64,000 nucleotides of DNA, taken from an uncultured Chloroflexia bacterium. GTDB lineage: Bacteria > Chloroflexota > Limnocylindria > Limnocylindrales > CSP1-4. Position numbers and translations under genes: made by a program. Numbering within the stretch: the stretch's first letter is position 1; each line of letters starts with the position of its first letter. The stretch spans positions 96,001 to 160,000 of the forward strand of contig CAVYIM010000009.1 of the NCBI GenBank assembly GCA_963768655.1, in the 5' to 3' direction. The notes under the pieces are model-generated. The model ran no database searches. It saw only the letters and a program-made list of their open reading frames with translations, and was not told where the DNA came from. Of the stretch, positions 58,502 through 64,000 are shown piece by piece.

Positions 58502-59158
58502 TCAGACCAGGCCCGTCTCGTAGGCGAGGATCACCGCCTGGACCCGGTCGCGGATCTCGAGCTTGGCCAGGACCCGGGAGACGTGCGTCTTCACCGTCGT
58601 CTCCGAGACCACCAGCTTCTCCGCGATCTCGGCGTTGGAGAGGCCGCGGGCGACGAGCTTCAGTACCTCGAGCTCACGCTCGGTCAGCTCCGAGAGCGCC
58701 GGGATCGAATTCTCTCGGGCGGGAGGGAGGCGGCTGGCGACATGGTCCAGGAGGCGGCGCGTGACCGACGGCGCGAGCAGGGCTTCGCCGGCCGCCACGA
58801 TTCGGATCGCGTCCACGAGATCCTCAGGCGGCGCGTCTTTGAGCAGGAAGCCACTGGCGCCCGCCCGGAGCGCCTCCACCACGTACTCGTCCAGGCCGAA
58901 CGTGGTCAGGATCAGCACCTTCTTGGGGTTCTCGACCCCGGGCCCGGCCAGGGCGCGAGTGGCCTGGATGCCGTCGATGCCGGGCATTCGGATGTCCATC
59001 AGCACGACGTCCGGGTCGAGCCTGCGGGCCGCCTCGACGGCGCTGGCACCGTCGCCGGCCTCGCCCACGATCATGAGATCCGGCTCGGCCGACAGGATCA
59101 TCCGGAACCCGGTCCGCAGCAGCGGCTGATCGTCGACCAGCAGGACCCGGATCGTCAC
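58502..59158 (-). CDS. NarL/LuxR-family response regulator
   Basis: VDDQ, MDIRMP, GFLLKD, LTERE..GLSNAEIA..TVKTH. Confidence 0.96.
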   Translation of the reverse strand: MTIRVLLVDDQPLLRTGFRMILSAEPDLMIVGEAGDGASAVEAARRLDPDVVLMDIRMPGIDGIQATRALAGPGVENPKKVLILTTFGLDEYVVEALRAGASGFLLKDAPPEDLVDAIRIVAAGEALLAPSVTRRLLDHVASRLPPARENSIPALSELTERELEVLKLVARGLSNAEIAEKLVVSETTVKTHVSRVLAKLEIRDRVQAVILAYETGLV

Positions 59159-60588
59159 GGCTCACTCCTCCCCGTCTTGGATGGGCTCGATCGGTTGGTG
59201 GACGGACTCTGTCGCTGAGTGGGTCGTGGCGTCGGATGGGGCGGGACCACGCGCCCGATCAGCGGCGGCACGACGCGCGGCTGCACGAGCGGCTCGGGCT
59301 CCCTGACATGCGCCGGCGGCTTGTAACCCGCCCAGCGGCCGCGCGGCTCGGCCGCCGCCCCGTCGGCCAGGGCGGATCCATGGTCCCGCCCCAGTGAGGC
59401 ACACGGTTCCGGCTCGAGCGGGAAGCGGGCATGGACGCGGTATCCGCCGGGAAAGACGGGCCCCGTCTCCAGCTCACCGTTGTAGAGCGCCACTCGCTCG
59501 CGCATCCCGATCAGGCCGTGTCCGCCTTCTGTCGCTTTCGCGAGCAGGGGCGCGGCCGCTCCCCGCCCGTCGTCGGTGACCTCGATGTCCAGAGCCTCGG
59601 CCTCGTGGTGGACCGTGACGCGGGCCGTGGCCTTGCCGGCGTGTTTCACCGCGTTCGTGAGGGCTTCCTGGACGATCCGGTAGGCGGCCAGGTCCATTCC
59701 CGCCGGCAGCGGCCGGTCCATCCCTTCGACCGTCAGCTCTACCGGCAGGCCGGCCTCCCTGACCTGGGCGACGAGCCGATCGAGATCGGCGAGACCCGGC
59801 TGCGGGCCGACACCGGCCTCGTCGGCACGCAGGACCTCGAGCATGCGCCGCATCTCGTCCAGCGCGGTCCGGCCGGCCTGCTCGACAGCCTGGAGGGCGT
59901 CTCGGGCCTGGGCCGGGTCCTTCTCGATGACGCGTCGGGCGCCGGCGGCCTGGACGACCATGACGCTGACGTGGTGGGCGACCACGTCGTGCAGCTCGCG
60001 AGCGATTCGGGCGCGCTCCTCGGCCACGGCCTGCGTGGCCCTCTCCTCGCGCTCGTGCTCCAGCTGGACGGCCCGCTCCTCGAGCTGAGCCGTGTAGGCG
60101 CGTCGCACTCGGAGGTTGTCGCCGATGACCCAGGCCAGGCCGCAGGCCAGATATGACTCGACCAGGGCGCTGGGCCAGTCCGACACCGAACCGAACCTGG
60201 CGTAGCCGCCGAAGCTGATCGCCACGCCGACGGCCGTAACGATCGCCGCGATCGTGGTTCGCCGCCGCGGCACGTTTGCGGCGACCGTGTAGAAAGCGAT
60301 CAGGACGCCCAGCGGGGCGGGCGACGAAGGGTAGGCGAGCAGGCTGTAGAGAATGGTAGACGACCCGGTGACATACAGGGTCCGTGTGGGGTTCCGGCGG
60401 CGCCACGCGACCGGCAGCGTCTGCAGCACGAGCAGCGGCGCACTTACGATGTCCAAGCGGTTGAAGTCTCGCCAGATCGTGAGCAAGGACACGGCTGCCA
60501 GGATGACGCCCATGGCCAAGTCCGCGTAGTCCTGGTTCCAGCGGAGACGCCCCAGGTGGCGCGTCGGGATGGCGATCGTTCGTTGCAT
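59155..60588 (-). CDS. Sensor histidine kinase (HisKA_3)
   Basis: TM region, ERARIARELHDVVAH, YRIVQEALTN, DDGRG, GHGLIGMRER. Confidence 0.95.
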   Translation of the reverse strand: MQRTIAIPTRHLGRLRWNQDYADLAMGVILAAVSLLTIWRDFNRLDIVSAPLLVLQTLPVAWRRRNPTRTLYVTGSSTILYSLLAYPSSPAPLGVLIAFYTVAANVPRRRTTIAAIVTAVGVAISFGGYARFGSVSDWPSALVESYLACGLAWVIGDNLRVRRAYTAQLEERAVQLEHEREERATQAVAEERARIARELHDVVAHHVSVMVVQAAGARRVIEKDPAQARDALQAVEQAGRTALDEMRRMLEVLRADEAGVGPQPGLADLDRLVAQVREAGLPVELTVEGMDRPLPAGMDLAAYRIVQEALTNAVKHAGKATARVTVHHEAEALDIEVTDDGRGAAAPLLAKATEGGHGLIGMRERVALYNGELETGPVFPGGYRVHARFPLEPEPCASLGRDHGSALADGAAAEPRGRWAGYKPPAHVREPEPLVQPRVVPPLIGRVVPPHPTPRPTQRQSPSTNRSSPSKTGRSEP

Positions 60589-60699
60589 GGTCGCAAGTTA
60601 CGCTTCGCCGGCCGCCGCCGCATCAGCCCAGCGCACGACGGCGGATGCGCCCTGCGGCGGAGCCGGCCGGTGGCTCCGCGGGCTTACCGAGCCTGGCCG

Positions 60700-60999
60700 C
60701 TACCGCGCGTCGGGTCGACGAACGTAGGTCACCGTCAGCCTGGCGGTCGGGCGTCTTAGTAGCAGATAGGCCCACAGGAACGCCCCGATCACGAACAAGA
60801 GCAGGAGCGTTGCGACCAACCCCATCGCCAGCGGCCAGTCGCCCTCGACGTAGTGCTGGCCGGCGGGCTCATAGCCCTGGGCAAGGAGCAGAACGGCGTC
60901 GCTGTGGAACGCCTCGATCAGGTCCTCGTACCTGCCGCCTTCGTATGTCCGGATGAAGATCGGGCTGCTCGCGACATCGGGCCATGTGCCGGCGATCAC
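60700..60999 (-). CDS. Small hypothetical membrane protein
   Basis: One long hydrophobic segment, GGAG upstream. Confidence 0.55.
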   Translation of the reverse strand: MIAGTWPDVASSPIFIRTYEGGRYEDLIEAFHSDAVLLLAQGYEPAGQHYVEGDWPLAMGLVATLLLLFVIGAFLWAYLLLRRPTARLTVTYVRRPDAR

Positions 61000-61118
61000 G
61001 TTCGCTCCTCCCCAGCTCGCTCCGACGGAGCCAGCCTTGATGGTACGCGCCCGATCTCACCCGATGCCGGGCCGCGAGCGCGGAACGGCGTGGGGCCGGC
61101 CGCGGAACGGCGTGGGGC

Positions 61119-62816
61119 CTAGAGCAGCTCCCCGTTGGACCAGCCCGTCGCTTCGCCCTCGCGCGGACGGGGCTCCTCGCCGGGGGCGTATTCGAAGCTG
61201 GGCTCGCGCGGCGCCCGGGGCTCGGAGGCGGCGCCAGTGGTCTCCGGCACGGGGGCCCCCTGCGCGTCCCCGGCCACCGCGTCCCCCGGCGTCCGGCTCT
61301 CCGAGCCCGGCTCCAGCCCGGGCAGAGGCTGGCCGGCCTTTCCTTCGATCGGTCCGACCCCGTAGGGCACCCACTTGGACGGATCCTGCAGCCGGTGCGC
61401 GGCCTCGATGCCGCGGCGATGCGTCTGCTCGAAGCCGGCCGGCTCGATCCAGAGACGCTCGCCCTGGAGCAGCCCGGAGACGCCGACCTGGCCCGGTTCG
61501 GGGCGGGGGTGCTGACAATACTTGCAGGTGGCCGAGTCGTGCGGCGTGTACTGCGTGGGCTCCTCGTAGGTCGTGATGTAGCCCTCGTAGTTGCGCAGGA
61601 TCACCTTGTGATCGGAGTAGCTGATCAGGTAGTTGGGCATGACCGGGATCTTCCCGCCGCCGCCGGGCGCGTCGATCATGTATGTCGGGACGGCGTATCC
61701 GGAGGTGTGGCCGCGCAGGCCCTCCATGATCTCGATGCCCTTGCCGACCGGCGTGCGGAAGTGGCCGGAGCCCTCGACCAGGTCGCACTGGTAGAGGTAG
61801 TAGGGCCGGATGCGGTTCTCGACGAGCTTGTGGACGAGGGCTCGCTGGATGTGCAGGCAGTCGTTGACGCCGGCCAGCAGGACCGACTGGTTGCCCAGGG
61901 GGATGCCGGCTCGAGTCAGCTTGTCGCAGGCGCGCGCGACTTCGGGCGTCAGCTCGTTCGGATGGTTGAAGTGGAGGTTCATCCAGAGCGGGTGGTACTT
62001 CGCCAGCATTTCGCATAGCTCGTCGTCGATGCGCTGCGGCAAGAAGACCGGCACGCGGGAGCCGATCCGGACGATCTCGATGTGGGGGATGTCGCGCAGC
62101 CCGCGGAGGATCGACTCGAGAAGCTTGGGGGCGAGAGTGAGGCCGTCGCCGCCGGAGATGAGCACGTCGCGGACCTGCGGTGTGCGGCGCAGGTAATCCA
62201 GTTGGGCCTCGACGTCGTGGCGGCTGAAGTTCTGCGTGGCGTCGCCCACGATGCGCGACCGCGTGCAGTATCGACAGTAGCTGGCGCACTGGGTGGTGAC
62301 CAACATCAGGACCCGGTCCGGGTATCGGTGGACCAGCCCTGGAACAGGGGAGTGGCGGTCCTCGGCCAGCGAGTCTTCCATCATCGAGGTGAAGGCTTCG
62401 TGCTCGCAGTCGGTCGGGATGACCTGGCGGCGGATCGGGTCGTTGGGGTCGTCGGGGTCGATCAGGCTCAGGAAGTAGGGCGTGACGTCGACCCGGAACT
62501 TGTCCGGAGAGGAGAGCCCGGCGCGCTCGTCGTCGGTGAGGTTGAGGACGCGGCCGATCTCGTCGAGCGTGTTCACGCGGTTGCTGAGCTGCCAGCGCCA
62601 GTCGTTCCAGCGCTCGTCGGGCACGTCCGCCCACATCGGCGCGCGGCGGCTGACGGCAGGCTTGCCGTCGGGGCCGAGGGCGCGGGCGGGGTCGCGCAGG
62701 TTTACGAACGGGGTTTCGTCGCGGGGGGCCAGATCGTGGCTCGGCGCCCGATCCCGGCGCGCGGCGGCAGCGTGAGTCGTCGCGAGATCGCGACCTCCGT
62801 CCGTGGGACCGACCAT
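61119..62816 (-). CDS. kamA: Lysine 2,3-aminomutase (KamA family radical SAM/PLP enzyme)
   Basis: WNDWRWQ, HRYPDRVL, CASYCRYCTR, SGGD, NQSVLL.GVND, PYYLYQCD, PGGGGKIP, LRNYEG. Confidence 0.92.
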   Translation of the reverse strand: MVGPTDGGRDLATTHAAAARRDRAPSHDLAPRDETPFVNLRDPARALGPDGKPAVSRRAPMWADVPDERWNDWRWQLSNRVNTLDEIGRVLNLTDDERAGLSSPDKFRVDVTPYFLSLIDPDDPNDPIRRQVIPTDCEHEAFTSMMEDSLAEDRHSPVPGLVHRYPDRVLMLVTTQCASYCRYCTRSRIVGDATQNFSRHDVEAQLDYLRRTPQVRDVLISGGDGLTLAPKLLESILRGLRDIPHIEIVRIGSRVPVFLPQRIDDELCEMLAKYHPLWMNLHFNHPNELTPEVARACDKLTRAGIPLGNQSVLLAGVNDCLHIQRALVHKLVENRIRPYYLYQCDLVEGSGHFRTPVGKGIEIMEGLRGHTSGYAVPTYMIDAPGGGGKIPVMPNYLISYSDHKVILRNYEGYITTYEEPTQYTPHDSATCKYCQHPRPEPGQVGVSGLLQGERLWIEPAGFEQTHRRGIEAAHRLQDPSKWVPYGVGPIEGKAGQPLPGLEPGSESRTPGDAVAGDAQGAPVPETTGAASEPRAPREPSFEYAPGEEPRPREGEATGWSNGELL

Positions 62817-63137
62817 GACGCGCCTCCGCTCTGCCGCCGTCCCTGTCCGGGGTCGACCGGTCGGCTCAACGCATAAACCCTATGCACCATGAATGCTAGC
62901 GGATGATACATCGCCGCCGCGGTGATGGCTTCGAATGTCGTCTGGCGGGTCGGGCTTGGTCCGGATGGACAGCGGCCGGCGTCGGCCGGCGGACACGAAC
63001 GTCGGTTCAGCGGACACGTACGCGGCGTGGCGACGGCGCATAATCCGCCTCGGGCCCCAGGGAGCAGGCCAAAGTCTGGCCGGGGTCAGCAGGGGGGTGG
63101 GCCGAAGGCCCGCCACCGCCGGGAGAGAGGTGGGTAC

Positions 63138-64000
63138 ATGCAAACCGGTCTGATCCGGCGAGTCAGCTTGCTGGTCGCCGTGGGCGCGCTGGTCGCCCTC
63201 GTCTGGCCGGCGGCGGCTCCGGCCGTCGCCGCGGACACGAACGTGGCCCCGACGGTCACCGCCTTCGTGTCCAATCCCAATCCCGTAGAGCCGCAAACGG
63301 TGTACGCCTACGCGATCTTCACAGACCCGGAGTCCGCAACCGAGACGTACAACTGCACGATCGACTACGGAGACGGCTCGCTGTTCGTGACGGGCGTCGT
63401 GTCGGACCTGACCTGCACGGGCCCGGCGCACCAGTACACGGTCTCGGGTTCATACGTGGTGATGGTCTTCGTCACGGATAGTGGCGGGGCCTCCGGCATG
63501 GGCATGGCCGGTCTGACGTACACGAACTGGGCCCCGTCGGTTGTCGGGCTCGGCCTGGTGGGTGACGTGGAAGTCGGCCGGACCTCGCACGCGGTAGCCG
63601 CCGTCATCGACCCGGGCGCCGCCTTCGAGACCTACACTTGCACCTCGATCGACTACGGCGACGGCACGCCGCCGCAGCCCGGCACCTGGGTCCCGACCGG
63701 CTGGAGCGACGGGTTGCCCCGCTGCGTCTTCCCCGATCACGTCTATTCGGCAACTGGCACCTACACGCTCAGGGCGGTCGTCACCGACAGTGGCGGCGCC
63801 AGCGGCTCGGCGATCTTCAACGAAACCATCGTCCCGGAGGTCACGCCGCTGGTCATCGCGCCCCCGGACCAGATCGTCCACAGCGCCCAGGACGCCTTCT
63901 ACGTGGGCTGGCACGATTACAACCTCGGGTCCTTCACCGATCCTGGCGGCGCCGCGGCCGGTCCATGGACGTGGACCGCGTACTGGGGCGACGGCAACGT
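63138..64000 (+). CDS. Secreted PKD-like repeat protein (partial, runs off window)
   Basis: Signal peptide MQTGLIRRVSLLVAVGAL..AVAA; repeats FTDP..TIDYGDGS..H.Y..G.Y.V.V.VTD; GAGG upstream. Confidence 0.8.
   Translation, partial: MQTGLIRRVSLLVAVGALVALVWPAAAPAVAADTNVAPTVTAFVSNPNPVEPQTVYAYAIFTDPESATETYNCTIDYGDGSLFVTGVVSDLTCTGPAHQYTVSGSYVVMVFVTDSGGASGMGMAGLTYTNWAPSVVGLGLVGDVEVGRTSHAVAAVIDPGAAFETYTCTSIDYGDGTPPQPGTWVPTGWSDGLPRCVFPDHVYSATGTYTLRAVVTDSGGASGSAIFNETIVPEVTPLVIAPPDQIVHSAQDAFYVGWHDYNLGSFTDPGGAAAGPWTWTAYWGDGN

Noticed and set aside
1-64000. tRNA, rRNA, IS/transposase, integrase, prophage or defence genes
   Set aside because: No recognisable signatures were found by eye.

Overview
Very GC-rich bacterial chromosomal segment; gene style suggests Chloroflexota/Actinobacteria-like, which is an inference. 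No rRNA, tRNA, CRISPR array, transposase or phage gene is visible. The centrepiece is a respiratory complex I operon (nuoA-B-C-D-H-[I/E]-F-[G/GltD/I]-J-K-L-M-N, 11.8-27.1 kb) with an unusual build. nuoI appears split: its N-terminal half is fused to a NuoE-like domain, and its C-terminal half sits at the end of a NuoG-like protein carrying an inserted GltD/NfnB-type FAD/NADPH domain. The NuoE and NuoF parts have degenerate cofactor motifs. A MidA/NDUFAF7 methyltransferase lies upstream and a convergent rrf2-sufC-sufS-sufU operon without sufB/sufD lies downstream. The rest holds purH, folK, pduO, kamA, a class IV aminotransferase, a TPM-like protein with a near-perfect 729-nt duplication, a heavily frameshifted S8 protease, an NfeD-flotillin/TelA locus, efflux/regulator modules, a PAS-GGDEF protein, a duplicated PadR/membrane-sensor cassette, an MMPL/ABC/two-component cluster and the start of a PKD-repeat protein. 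Several single-base frameshifts look like sequencing errors.
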